DNA from: a virus
Taxonomy: Duplodnaviria > Heunggongvirae > Uroviricota > Caudoviricetes > Crassvirales
Virus record (IMG/VR): IMGVR_UViG_2974789010_000001
Span: 10,182 to 74,181 of that record
DNA length: 64,000 bases
Strand: one strand, 5' to 3'
Both the position numbers and the translations under genes were made by a program. A model generated the notes under the pieces. It saw only the letters and a program-made list of their open reading frames with translations. It was not told where the DNA came from and made no database searches. Below, piece by piece: positions 10,464 to 20,391 of this stretch (within the stretch, counting starts at the first letter, position 1; each line of letters opens with the position of its first letter).

Positions 10464-11231
10464 TCAATCTTTATTTTTATTATAATTAGCTACTTTAGTA
10501 CATAGTTCTATAAATTCCTCATTACTTAGAGAACCTTTCATCATATTAATCCTTTTATCTACCCATTGAATATTACCTTCTTCATAGCCTATATCAGAGT
10601 TAATTCTGTCTATAGACATATTCTGCTGCTGCATAGTAAGATTCAAATCAGGTTCTAAAGATATTCCAGATAAAGCACAAACATGCTCCTGTTCCTCATA
10701 CAATTTATTAAGATATTCCACGGATATATTAAAGGTTAATTCAGGCTTCCTACTCCTATGTCTTCTTGTAGGAAGCCCTTGTATAGTTTGATTATACTTT
10801 GATAGTATAATAGAATTAACCTTGACTATTCCAGTGTCATCTATATAAACTTTATTGCCACATCTTTTACACCTTGTAGAATTTCCAGATTGTATAACTG
10901 CTGAGTTCCTCCAAGCAAGCTCTCCACATTCACATTGAACTAACCAATATAGGTTTCTTGAATTAGAAGTAGGAGATATTTGATTCCCAGATTTAACCTC
11001 CTCAGAAACAACAGTCCATAGACCAAATTTTCTACCTATAGGTGCTTTTGGTCTTAAACTTTCTCTCCTCTTAGCAGGTCTTGTTTGCACACCTTTTATA
11101 ATAAAATATTGATGGAGTTGATTCCAACTAATTTTAAAAGTTTTACAAATCTCTGTAGTTGACATACCTTCTTGATATTTCTTATCAATTTCTAATTCAT
11201 CATACCTTCTAATTGTTTCTTCTTTTATCAT
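10464..11231 (-). CDS. HNH homing endonuclease (free-standing), paralog of 2644..3408
   Basis: MSIDRINSDIGYEEGNIQWVDKRINMMKG, Cys pairs (CECG...CKRCG) and an N-terminal HTH-like region. Confidence 0.75.
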   Translation of the reverse strand: MIKEETIRRYDELEIDKKYQEGMSTTEICKTFKISWNQLHQYFIIKGVQTRPAKRRESLRPKAPIGRKFGLWTVVSEEVKSGNQISPTSNSRNLYWLVQCECGELAWRNSAVIQSGNSTRCKRCGNKVYIDDTGIVKVNSIILSKYNQTIQGLPTRRHRSRKPELTFNISVEYLNKLYEEQEHVCALSGISLEPDLNLTMQQQNMSIDRINSDIGYEEGNIQWVDKRINMMKGSLSNEEFIELCTKVANYNKNKD

Positions 11232-11319
11232 ATCTTTTAATATTAATTATATGCAAAGATATAAATAAAAGTTGAATGTAACAAGAGCTTAAGTAATTTA
11301 CTTACACTAATGATACAAC

Positions 11320-12975
11320 CTAACTGCATCTGCTCCACCCGCAGGAAGAACAATGCACACAGCCATTCTCTCTGATTAAAACTGAACCACAATCAGGACA
11401 TACCTCACCCTTGATTTCTTCATTAGGGATATACTTAGCTAGTATTCTACACATAGCTGAACTAAATGAACTAATATTATCATTGACTTTTCTTGCAGTC
11501 TTGATAATATAGTTAATATCTACACCATGTCTCAACAACATTGAAGAGTATAGTGTAGCTGCATTCTCTTCAATATTAGTATTAGCTAACTCTAGGTTAG
11601 ATATATTAATATGTTCAGAATCAAAGCTATAGTGCATCTTACTTACCTTAGTAATAGTACCTTTATGTGCTGGAATATTAACAGGATTGAGAGGTCTGAA
11701 TGCAAACACTTCATAAGGTTTACCTTCAAGAAGCCCTACAAGAACTATAAACTGCTCTTTCTTGACTTTAACTTGATAGTAATCAGCTTCAAGAACTTTA
11801 GGTCTCTTAGGAGCTTGTCTTCCTTCAATAGTTTTAGGTTTCTCAACCTGAGTTAATACACCTTCCCTGCATCCATCTCTATAAATAGTGATACCTTTCA
11901 ATCCTTGTTTCCATGCCTCAATATAGATGTCAGCAATCTCTTCTTCTGTAGTTTCTCTATCCAGATTAACTGTACTACTGATACTGTGAGTGATATACTT
12001 TTGAACTACTCCCTGTAATTTAACTCTCTGTCTCCAATCAATCTCTGGTGCTGTAGAACCATAATAAGGACTTTCTTTCCAGACTTCCTTCCATACTCCC
12101 AAGCTCCATTCATTGACTTCTGACTCAGAATAATTGAGAGTCTCTATTGCCCATTTCTTCAAGTTAGGATGAACTACTGTAAATAAAGTGTATTTCTCAC
12201 CTACTTTATCTACATAATCTACCCTATCACTTTCAGACATACATTTCCTCTTTCTTTGATAGAAAGGCATGAATACAGGCTCAATACCACTACTTGTACC
12301 AGCCATGATACTTACAGTTCCAGTAGGAGCCACAGTGGACCAACTGATGTTTCTTCTACCAGACTGAGCCATCTTAAGCCAAGTTTTAAGATAGTTACTT
12401 CTTATAAACTTTAGCCAATCTGAATTAGATTCTGCTTCTACAACAGAATCCCAAGCAGGGAATGAACCTCTCTCAATAGCCATATCAATATTACTATCAA
12501 GCTGACCTTTGAACATAACTTTCATTAGTTGTTCAACTTGACTAATCCCTTCATCAGAGTCATACTTCAAACCTAACATAGCTATTGCATCAGCTAAGCC
12601 AGTGAAACCTAAACCAGCTCTTCTTCCTTGAATTGCAGTCTCCTTGATTTTACTCCATAACTTGAACTCAGTATCATCAGTATCATTCTTCACTGTATCA
12701 ATAATCTTATCAACAGCTTCAATCTCCAAATCAACCAAATCATCAGCCAATCTCATAGCCTCATAAGAGTGCATATAGAGTAACTCTTCATCAATGTGAG
12801 CCTTATCTGTAAATGGGTCTACAATATAACTACTCAAGTTAATATGAATCAACCTACAGCTATCAAAGGGACCCATAAAAATTTCCCCGCAGGGGTTGCT
12901 AGACACTCCTTTAAAGTTCTCATATACCCCATCTGGTGCATAATTGTGCATGGTATTCTCAAACATTATTCCCAA
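11320..12975 (-). CDS. Ribonucleotide reductase catalytic subunit, C-terminal fragment or exon (class II NrdJ-like)
   Basis: NPCGEI active-site motif near the N-terminus of this fragment. C-terminal Cys-rich zinc ribbon CPDCGSVLIRENGCVHCSSCGWSRC, of the kind found in class II RNRs. Confidence 0.75.
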   Translation of the reverse strand: MGIMFENTMHNYAPDGVYENFKGVSSNPCGEIFMGPFDSCRLIHINLSSYIVDPFTDKAHIDEELLYMHSYEAMRLADDLVDLEIEAVDKIIDTVKNDTDDTEFKLWSKIKETAIQGRRAGLGFTGLADAIAMLGLKYDSDEGISQVEQLMKVMFKGQLDSNIDMAIERGSFPAWDSVVEAESNSDWLKFIRSNYLKTWLKMAQSGRRNISWSTVAPTGTVSIMAGTSSGIEPVFMPFYQRKRKCMSESDRVDYVDKVGEKYTLFTVVHPNLKKWAIETLNYSESEVNEWSLGVWKEVWKESPYYGSTAPEIDWRQRVKLQGVVQKYITHSISSTVNLDRETTEEEIADIYIEAWKQGLKGITIYRDGCREGVLTQVEKPKTIEGRQAPKRPKVLEADYYQVKVKKEQFIVLVGLLEGKPYEVFAFRPLNPVNIPAHKGTITKVSKMHYSFDSEHINISNLELANTNIEENAATLYSSMLLRHGVDINYIIKTARKVNDNISSFSSAMCRILAKYIPNEEIKGEVCPDCGSVLIRENGCVHCSSCGWSRCS

Positions 12976-13769
12976 ATATATTCACATAAATTCGTTAGAT
13001 TTATGCAGTTCTCTAATGAACTTCTCATACTTTCATATGAGTTTAGACTATATCATAGTCCCTAAAAGGGACTCCACTTGTTTCCACCCACTTGGGTGTA
13101 CTCTACTCCTTTCCACTATAATAAATAGTGTAGTTTCGATAGTCGTTGAAAATTATTTATAACTAATGATACTACAACCCTTATACATACCTCTTTTTAT
13201 TTCTCCAGATTTTATGTAATTATACATAGAACTTTTCTTGAAATCAGTTTTGCTAAGTAACTCAGTATAACCAATAGCTCTACATAACTCATTACCTTCA
13301 CTGTCTATAATAACATAGGTATGACTTTGTTTCTTAGGGTCAAATAGACCATTTCTTATAGCATGAATGTTATTTTCAGAACCAGACACCCATTCAAGGT
13401 TAGTATAATGATTATTACTTTTGTTCCCATCCTTATGATTAACCATTAACTTGTTATCAGGATTAGGTATATAAGTCTCAGCCACTAATCTATGAACTCT
13501 TTTATAGTAAACATTTCCTTCTACATTCAACTCAATATAGACATACCCATTTTCCTTAAGAGATGTCTTTAAGAACTTTTGACCTCTTTTAGAAAATATC
13601 CTGCCATCTTCTGTTATACTATAATATTCTTCAAATCCTTTTAAATCTTTCATACTATTTTGTTTTAAATAATTCTGCTGATTGCCCAATCCTTTAGATT
13701 ATTACACTTTGGTACTAAAGGCTCTAAGGGGTTTCCAGCAATTAAAGTGGTTTATACATAGCATTACTA
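12976..13769 (-). mobile_element. Intron-like insertion in the RNR gene carrying an HNH homing endonuclease
   Basis: The endonuclease ORF is flanked by a 77-nt and a 177-nt non-coding segment. The 3' segment contains hairpins (GTCCC-TAAAA-GGGAC and others), consistent with a group I intron core. The RNR frame resumes at 12975. Confidence 0.55.
13153..13689 (-). CDS. HNH homing endonuclease (HNH_3/NUMOD-type)
   Basis: EDGRIFSKRGQ...VNHKDGNKSNNHYTNLEWVSGSEN... Confidence 0.75.
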   Translation of the reverse strand: MGNQQNYLKQNSMKDLKGFEEYYSITEDGRIFSKRGQKFLKTSLKENGYVYIELNVEGNVYYKRVHRLVAETYIPNPDNKLMVNHKDGNKSNNHYTNLEWVSGSENNIHAIRNGLFDPKKQSHTYVIIDSEGNELCRAIGYTELLSKTDFKKSSMYNYIKSGEIKRGMYKGCSIISYK

Positions 13770-14108
13770 CTATGCAGCCCAGTTTTGTTTAGGCTCTGCA
13801 GTATTCCAAGCACAGTGCATGAGAGTATCCCATAACTCCCTTGCTCTTACTTTCTTGAAGAAAGAGTTTGGATGGTCATCATCTGAGAAGAACCATAATT
13901 CATTATATGGCATCTCTTCAATCATAAGACCTTGAGGTACACTTTCATCTACGGGAAATCTAAGGATATAATCCTTATCATTCTCAACAGCTTGCATAAA
14001 TTCATCAGTAACTTTAACTGATATATTAGCTCCAGTTACCTTAGTTAAGTCCTGCTTCTTAGTAATGAACTCTTCAATGTCAGGATGATTAATACTCATA
14101 CTTAACAT
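13770..14108 (-). CDS. Ribonucleotide reductase middle fragment or exon
   Basis: INHPDIEEFITKK and ANISVKVTDEFMQAVENDKDYILRFP resemble conserved RNR blocks. Its start codon overlaps the LAGLIDADG stop (TAATG). Confidence 0.65.
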   Translation of the reverse strand: MLSMSINHPDIEEFITKKQDLTKVTGANISVKVTDEFMQAVENDKDYILRFPVDESVPQGLMIEEMPYNELWFFSDDDHPNSFFKKVRARELWDTLMHCAWNTAEPKQNWAA

Positions 14109-15046
14109 TAATGCCCCCTATTTGGACTATATCTTAACTCATTAATTGAGTCTTGGGTACTACTCTGGTTATTAAGAGTTCCATTTAACTCTCCAGTAGT
14201 CTCTGCACTTTCCACAGAAAGGTCTGTGGCACAGCTCAGTATTGTACAATTTGTATTTTCACTGAGTTCTCCCAATTCAAGACGCAGGGCATTATAATTA
14301 TCAAATTTTCTTTTTAAAGGTATAAAAGAGTCATCAGCATATAAGTAATTATAAAATTTAAGTATATCCTTCTTATTAGCAAACTCTAATACATAACAAT
14401 CTTCATTTGCTTTAGGTCTTACTATAGTAGATATCCCTATTTTATATAATACTTTTTGTACACTTGTTAAGATACCTAAGGATGAAGTAAAACTAACTTT
14501 ATGCCATATCCTATTTCTATCCTTTCTATATCCCCAAGTTATACAACCATCAGCATCAAATATCCCTCTAATCAAATAGACTTCTAAGTCTTTTTGAATA
14601 ATAGGTACATTTCTATCTTTCTTTTTATTTCCCCCTATAAATTTATTTATTCCAACTATTTTTCTGACTAATCTTATTTTTGGAAATCTTCTTTTTTCTT
14701 TTACTAAAGTTAAATCTTCAAAAGATTTTATACCAAGTAATGGTGAAAATAAATCCATAAGTTCTGAGTCATTAATAGCTACACTAATTTCAACAATTTC
14801 ATTGTTAATACTTGAATCAGCTATTATAAAACCTAACATGTATGCCAATTCCTTACTATCTATTTTAGTAAGATGATATGGTAAGTATTTAGGTTTACTA
14901 TATAGATTATTCAGATTATAATTTCTGATATATCTACTTATAGTAGTATTAGCTACTCCTAATATTAATCCAATTTCTCTTGTTGTTTTACCTTCTTTAA
15001 GAAAATTCTCTAATAGTTCTTTTGAAATATTACATACTCTATTCAT
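14108..15046 (-). CDS. LAGLIDADG homing endonuclease with an N-terminal HTH
   Basis: Two LAGLIDADG motifs: MLGFIIADSS and LIRGIFDADGC. Sits between two RNR fragments. Confidence 0.8.
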   Translation of the reverse strand: MNRVCNISKELLENFLKEGKTTREIGLILGVANTTISRYIRNYNLNNLYSKPKYLPYHLTKIDSKELAYMLGFIIADSSINNEIVEISVAINDSELMDLFSPLLGIKSFEDLTLVKEKRRFPKIRLVRKIVGINKFIGGNKKKDRNVPIIQKDLEVYLIRGIFDADGCITWGYRKDRNRIWHKVSFTSSLGILTSVQKVLYKIGISTIVRPKANEDCYVLEFANKKDILKFYNYLYADDSFIPLKRKFDNYNALRLELGELSENTNCTILSCATDLSVESAETTGELNGTLNNQSSTQDSINELRYSPNRGH

Positions 15047-15070
15047 TTTCTGTAGATATTTAATTAATTA

Positions 15071-15628
15071 TTAATTTAAGAACATTTTACGTCTTCCATT
15101 CTGAGCCACTTCATTGGTTATATCTGAACATACATCCATGAAAGATGCTGCACCAGTTGAAGATTTAGCAGCATTATTAACTCTGGCTCCTCTTGGTCTA
15201 AGTTGAGATAAGTCATAACCAACTCCACCTCTTCTCTTCATAAGTTGAGCTTGTTGACTTCTTGTCTTCATTATCTCTGCATAACTATCTTTAGGACTAC
15301 CTATTACAAAACAATTACTAAGACTTACCAATGCTCCAGTTCCACAACCAGACATAACTGAACCTCCAGGTATAATATACTTGAAGTCCTTGAATAACTG
15401 ATAGATAGCCTCTTCATCAAGTTGTGGTCTAACATAGCCATAGTTTGATAAATTACTAAAAGCCCTATCTATATTACTCTTCCAGTTATAATTACTCTCT
15501 ACTCTTGCAAATTCCTTAGCTAACCTTTTGTGTGTATCATCAGGAGTTTGTTCTCCTTCTGCTGCATACTTATTCCTCCAAGTTGAGGCTGCAAGTTCAT
15601 CACCTTTAAAATATTCTAACTCTGTCAT
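15071..15628 (-). CDS. Ribonucleotide reductase N-terminal fragment or exon
   Basis: LSNCFVIGSP and RRGGVGYDLSQLRPRGARV blocks typical of RNR catalytic subunits. Terminated by stop codons 8 codons before the LAGLIDADG start. Confidence 0.7.
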   Translation of the reverse strand: MTELEYFKGDELAASTWRNKYAAEGEQTPDDTHKRLAKEFARVESNYNWKSNIDRAFSNLSNYGYVRPQLDEEAIYQLFKDFKYIIPGGSVMSGCGTGALVSLSNCFVIGSPKDSYAEIMKTRSQQAQLMKRRGGVGYDLSQLRPRGARVNNAAKSSTGAASFMDVCSDITNEVAQNGRRKMFLN

Positions 15629-16668
15629 GCTGGCTGTAAATTATTTATTTTCATAATACCATTCCTTTCTCTAGCTTCTTTAGTGTATTTAATATCTGGT
15701 GACTGTAAGTAATAATGAAGTTCTACAAGAAGTTTCCTCCAATTTCTATATATATTACCTTTATCATCCTTCATATCAACTTCACTAAAGTTACCATAAT
15801 ACCTCCATACAAGTGGAGCTAATGTAAACCTATTAATTACTATAAAACTATAGTGTGCAATCTTAAAGTCCTTGAAGTATTCATCTTTACTAATTACTTG
15901 TTGAAGTATATATGTATAAAGCTGTGCTTGTATCATATATCTCCATGTAACAAATGATTGTTCAAAGTCTTCCTCTGCATGACCAGAAGTCTTTAAGTCA
16001 ATAGGATAAATTATCTTCTCTTGATGGTCAACTACTAACTCATCAAACATACATCTGACAGATATTCCATTAAACTCAGCTTTGAATTTTAATTGGAATT
16101 CCTTTTCAAATCTAGTATCAAATGGGTTAATCTTGAAGAATCCTTTAGTATAAGGATTAGTCTTAAGTTCATTAACACAGGCAACAGTATCATCATAGTC
16201 TTTCTGAGACAAGATTTCTTTATCTGTTGATAGTGCAAGTAACTTATAATAATCTCCACATTTGCTTCTAATATGCTTGAGTTTAGCCTCATCCCCCCAA
16301 TTAGATTGATAGGAAGGAGAGTGTGCTAATATTATCTCATCAGGTACTAAATCAAGACTTCTATAGTCATTACCATAACCATTGAATAGTTCTTTAGTTA
16401 ATGATATTAGTACCTCTGATAATGATGGAAATTCACACACCATAAATCTCTGTGTAAAAGCTGCTTCACCATCAGTTAGCATAGTGTCAACTGCACTGCC
16501 AAATCTTAATGCTGGTGATTCAATCTTATCAAAGAGACTTCCAATCTTTCTCCAACCTTCTCTATCAAACCTACTTAATGTAGAATAACTGATAGCTGGG
16601 TCTGCTCTATAAACAGATTCTGTAACTTGCCAACTTATGGACTTAATACTCTTCTGCATAATCTTCAA
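15625..16668 (-). CDS. PD-(D/E)XK nuclease (RecB/Cas4-like exonuclease)
   Basis: IDLKTSGH (D-x-K) and a QAQLYTYIL QxxxY motif. Confidence 0.55.
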   Translation of the reverse strand: MKIMQKSIKSISWQVTESVYRADPAISYSTLSRFDREGWRKIGSLFDKIESPALRFGSAVDTMLTDGEAAFTQRFMVCEFPSLSEVLISLTKELFNGYGNDYRSLDLVPDEIILAHSPSYQSNWGDEAKLKHIRSKCGDYYKLLALSTDKEILSQKDYDDTVACVNELKTNPYTKGFFKINPFDTRFEKEFQLKFKAEFNGISVRCMFDELVVDHQEKIIYPIDLKTSGHAEEDFEQSFVTWRYMIQAQLYTYILQQVISKDEYFKDFKIAHYSFIVINRFTLAPLVWRYYGNFSEVDMKDDKGNIYRNWRKLLVELHYYLQSPDIKYTKEARERNGIMKINNLQPA

Positions 16669-16939
16669 ACTCTTCTACATCATCCTGATAAGGTATTTGT
16701 AACTGTTCTACATAAACATCTACCTCTTCTTTCAGTTTGACTAATTCATCCATATCTAAACTAAGATACTCTTCCTTAGGATTATCACTATTTAAACTCT
16801 TCCTTGCCTTGATAATAGCTGAATCAACAAGTTCTTGCAATGACTCAAAATCTCTTGAATCAATAAATCTCTGTGCTAATACAATGTCACTCTTTGGTAG
16901 GCACTTGGTTAAGTTCATCATTCTCTCTACTGGTTCCAT
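16643..16939 (-). CDS. Hypothetical acidic protein
   Basis: 98-aa ORF. Confidence 0.4.
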   Translation of the reverse strand: MEPVERMMNLTKCLPKSDIVLAQRFIDSRDFESLQELVDSAIIKARKSLNSDNPKEEYLSLDMDELVKLKEEVDVYVEQLQIPYQDDVEEFEDYAEEY

Positions 16940-17372
16940 AACCTTTAATTATTTCTATAGCTTCCAACAATTGTTTCTTTGTGAATATCTCAAAGATTAA
17001 ATACTTATCTTTATCTGGCTGTTGTTCAAGCAAATGTCTGAACATCTTAAACTTGTAAGGCCAGACATCATTCTCAAAGCCTTTAGCTTCAATGATAATC
17101 TTTAATCCTTTGTACTCTATGTAGAAGTCTGGGGTGTATGTTACATCCACTAGTTTCCTAAGGTTGAGTATCTGTTGTTTAGTTTTCTCATTCCTTGTAT
17201 AGAAAGGTATAGTAGGTCTAAATCCACTCCAGATTACATAAGTAATAGGTTCATATTGAGGTTCAAATCCATGTTGAACTAGGGTATTATATACCATAAC
17301 TTCAATCTTGGACTTGAACTCAATACCATTACTTACTGTTGGAGTAGCATTTTTGACCTTCTTATTTTCCAC
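16887..17372 (-). CDS. Putative Holliday-junction resolvase (T7 endonuclease I-like PD-(D/E)XK)
   Basis: YTPDFYIEYKG...IIIEAKG resembles the T7 endonuclease I catalytic D...E-x-K arrangement. Confidence 0.45.
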   Translation of the reverse strand: MENKKVKNATPTVSNGIEFKSKIEVMVYNTLVQHGFEPQYEPITYVIWSGFRPTIPFYTRNEKTKQQILNLRKLVDVTYTPDFYIEYKGLKIIIEAKGFENDVWPYKFKMFRHLLEQQPDKDKYLIFEIFTKKQLLEAIEIIKGYGTSRENDELNQVPTKE

Positions 17373-17898
17373 CTCTCTTAAACAATTCTTTCATAAAATC
17401 TTTCAGAATATGCTTAGCACATACAGCATCTTCAATTGTTCTGAATGCAGCAAAGTTTCTAAAATTCTTTACCTTATGTAACTCTTTTATCTTATGAATT
17501 TCACCATCAGCCATACCAATGACATAAATCTCCTTGCTTCTTTCAATATGGTCTGGATATTTCTTATCCATCACAATTGCAACTTCTCTCAACAGAATTG
17601 AGAACACAGCAGCTTCATTGATACTAGCTAAGTTTTCCAAATATTTAGGCAAGTTTTCAGGTTTCCAGTTAATTCTTGCAGCAAGATGTTCAATGTAATA
17701 GTTAATATTCACATGAGTGCATTTAGGTTCTTCTTCCTGTACTGAGATTACACCTTCCTTAATAAACTTAGGTAGTGTTTTCTCTGTAATCTCTACTTCT
17801 TCAACTGTGATAGGACCCATAAATGTGTTAGCAACTCTAGCCAATTTTTGACCTAACTCTACAGCTTCACCTGTCTTTACAAATACATACTTTTTCAT
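17362..17898 (-). CDS. Hypothetical protein
   Basis: 178-aa ORF. Confidence 0.4.
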   Translation of the reverse strand: MKKYVFVKTGEAVELGQKLARVANTFMGPITVEEVEITEKTLPKFIKEGVISVQEEEPKCTHVNINYYIEHLAARINWKPENLPKYLENLASINEAAVFSILLREVAIVMDKKYPDHIERSKEIYVIGMADGEIHKIKELHKVKNFRNFAAFRTIEDAVCAKHILKDFMKELFKRGGK

Positions 17899-17917
17899 GA
17901 TTTGAAATTATTATTTA

Positions 17918-18589
17918 TTAATACTCTTGGAACCATTTAATAGGTTCACCATACTTCTCTTTTGTTAGTTTGCTTACTTCTTCAAAGACTGTTGAAGGCA
18001 TCCTCTTTTCCATTCTAGCATAGTAGGCTGGATGCTTTTCCTCAAGAATGATATTAGACTTGCTATTAATATAAGGTATAAATGTTCTAGCTTGTTCTCC
18101 AAATAGAACATAGATTATACCTGTATTCCACTCTGATAAGTTCTTTAATAACTTAGTGATGAAAGGTCTCCATAACATTGTATGACTTCCCACTTTATTC
18201 ATCTCTACAGTTAATGCTGAGTTTATCATCAATATACCTTGATTAGCCCAACTTTCTAAAGTCTGGTCAAAGATAATACTATTATGTGGAACCTCAAAAT
18301 TAATAGATGCCTCTTTAACAATCTTTAGTGAAGGAGATAAGTTATCTTCGCTTACCTCACTCCTGTTACCAAATAGAACACCTGTGGCTATATCTTTCTG
18401 TGGATATGGGTCTTGCCCTATCATAACTACCTTCAAGTCTTCATAGGGACACAGAGTGAATGACCTGAATACATCAGGAATACTAGGACATATAGGCTTT
18501 CTTATATTGCCTATAATCCCAGTAACCTTATTCAACTCATTAACATCTATAACTCTAATCCAATTACCAAAATATTCATTTAGTGTCAT
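17918..18589 (-). CDS. Uracil-DNA glycosylase family 1-like protein
   Basis: VVMIGQDPYPQKDIATGVLFGN matches the UNG GQDPY water-activating loop region. The C-terminal His motif is degenerate (EKHPAYY). Confidence 0.55.
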   Translation of the reverse strand: MTLNEYFGNWIRVIDVNELNKVTGIIGNIRKPICPSIPDVFRSFTLCPYEDLKVVMIGQDPYPQKDIATGVLFGNRSEVSEDNLSPSLKIVKEASINFEVPHNSIIFDQTLESWANQGILMINSALTVEMNKVGSHTMLWRPFITKLLKNLSEWNTGIIYVLFGEQARTFIPYINSKSNIILEEKHPAYYARMEKRMPSTVFEEVSKLTKEKYGEPIKWFQEY

Positions 18590-19374
18590 AACTTAAACTG
18601 TCTTACAACTTCATCTGCATGAGCTGCTAACATTTCATTCATCTCTTCATTAGTAAAGTCAGCTCTCATAGGTGTAGGAGTTCTAAAGAACCTACTAGCA
18701 TCTTCAATAATAACCTTGACTTTAATATTCTCACTTATTTTTATCCAATTTATCCTAGAATAAGGAAGAACATCTCTGCTACTTAACAAATAAGGAAGAA
18801 CTTTCTTCATTATATCTTTACCTATTAAGTCACTACCGTCAATGATTATATTAGGATGTAAATACACTCTACATTCAGTCCAAGTCCAACCTCTCACTCT
18901 ATTGCTGACATCTTCAACATCATAATGACCTATCAGAGTAGCAAAGAATATAGGGTTAAAATTAGCATCAAAGATATAGCCTCTTCCTCCATGATACTCA
19001 ATATCTTTGTTTGTCTTTATATTCACCATGCCATATTGAATGGTAGATTCAAAGAGTTGTTTGAGTATAGAATCAGCAGTTCTTTTGTTATTAATATAAC
19101 TCTGCTGAATTATAGGAACCACTAACTCTTTTTCTCCTATACTTGAAAAGGTTTTCCCAATAGTAGTTCTTAGTTCTCTCTCAGCATAACCTCTTATAGC
19201 AACTGGAACCTCAAACTCTGGACCACTTAAATCACATTTAGTGAACCTATTAAGCACATTATTATTAGACCAACTTACACCTGCTTGAGATAACTGAGAA
19301 TACTCACCACTTCCTTCATTTCTGAATAAGCCAGCAATTGTACTAGCAAATCTATAGTTAATTGTTACTGCCAT
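18586..19374 (-). CDS. Hypothetical protein, co-operonic with the E1-like gene (contains an HPN tripeptide)
   Basis: 262-aa ORF overlapping both neighbours by 4 nt. Contains YLHPNIIIDG, which resembles the E2/UBC HPN motif but has no obvious catalytic Cys downstream. Confidence 0.4.
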   Translation of the reverse strand: MAVTINYRFASTIAGLFRNEGSGEYSQLSQAGVSWSNNNVLNRFTKCDLSGPEFEVPVAIRGYAERELRTTIGKTFSSIGEKELVVPIIQQSYINNKRTADSILKQLFESTIQYGMVNIKTNKDIEYHGGRGYIFDANFNPIFFATLIGHYDVEDVSNRVRGWTWTECRVYLHPNIIIDGSDLIGKDIMKKVLPYLLSSRDVLPYSRINWIKISENIKVKVIIEDASRFFRTPTPMRADFTNEEMNEMLAAHADEVVRQFKL

Positions 19375-19375
19375 A

Positions 19376-20389
19376 CTACATTTCTACTTTATAATACATA
19401 GTAGTTGCATCATAGGTAGTAAGGAAGGGCACATCTCTTGGGAATACTGGGTCACATTCATTAGCTACAAAGTTAACAAATATATTGACCATAACTGAGC
19501 CAATCATATTAGCCATAAATGTAGTTTGTTTATAGCTACAGAGAGTTTCTTCTGCCTCTGCATCACTAAATAACCACTCTTCTTCATAGAGTTTCATTGC
19601 CCTTTCATCATCACCTTGAATTGCAATTACTTGAAATTCTTCTGCTGCCAATCTACCATCAATGAATAGACATTTAGATGGATCATCAGTTGTGTTTCTC
19701 CAGTTCTTCCAACTTTGATAGAATACCTTTCTTGCTTCCATGTTATCAAAGCCACAAATCATTATAGGACCTCCTAAGGATTGGTCAGTAAATCTTTGAG
19801 TATTCACATTACCATTATAGAAGTTACCATAATTCTTCATCATTTGATAAATGGCATTACCTTTATAGTTTCCTACATCTGTTACACTATACAACTGACC
19901 TGACATATTAACAGCTTCTACTCTATCATCATCATACATAGTGATTCTAGCTGGTTGCATTCTAGCTAATAGAAATGCAACATAACTACCAATACCACCT
20001 AATCCAGCTAATATAATAGATTTCTGTCGAATAGCTTCATACCAGACAGCACCACTAAATCTACTTGTAGATTCCTGCAACTGTAAAGTAGCTGAATTCA
20101 CAGGTATCTCACTGTCTTGAGTAGCAATTGCTTGGTCAAGTACAGCTTGTTCTTCTGGTGTCAATTCTACTGATGGTTCCTCAGATACTTGAAGAGTATC
20201 ATCTATAAGGGTTGATTCTTCAACCTCTCTACTAGCTAAAAATCTATCAGCTTCTTCTATTAGTGCAGCTAAATCAGGAGATAATGGCTCCTCTACAACA
20301 GGTATTGGAGTCTCATCAAATGTAGCAGTCTGCATAGCCTCTTCATAATCAGTAGGCACTGCTTCTATTACTCTTTCTTCTTCATTCAT
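19376..20389 (-). CDS. E1-like / ThiF-MoeB family adenylyltransferase
   Basis: Rossmann motif ILAGLGGIGSYVAFLLAR followed by DDDRVE, typical of ThiF/MoeB/E1 enzymes. Confidence 0.7.
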   Translation of the reverse strand: MNEEERVIEAVPTDYEEAMQTATFDETPIPVVEEPLSPDLAALIEEADRFLASREVEESTLIDDTLQVSEEPSVELTPEEQAVLDQAIATQDSEIPVNSATLQLQESTSRFSGAVWYEAIRQKSIILAGLGGIGSYVAFLLARMQPARITMYDDDRVEAVNMSGQLYSVTDVGNYKGNAIYQMMKNYGNFYNGNVNTQRFTDQSLGGPIMICGFDNMEARKVFYQSWKNWRNTTDDPSKCLFIDGRLAAEEFQVIAIQGDDERAMKLYEEEWLFSDAEAEETLCSYKQTTFMANMIGSVMVNIFVNFVANECDPVFPRDVPFLTTYDATTMYYKVEM

Positions 20390-20391
20390 AA

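Noticed and set aside
11320-15628. Inteins in the ribonucleotide reductase gene
   Set aside because: Stop codons terminate each RNR fragment before the endonuclease ORFs, and the endonucleases are in separate ORFs, so in-frame protein splicing is excluded.
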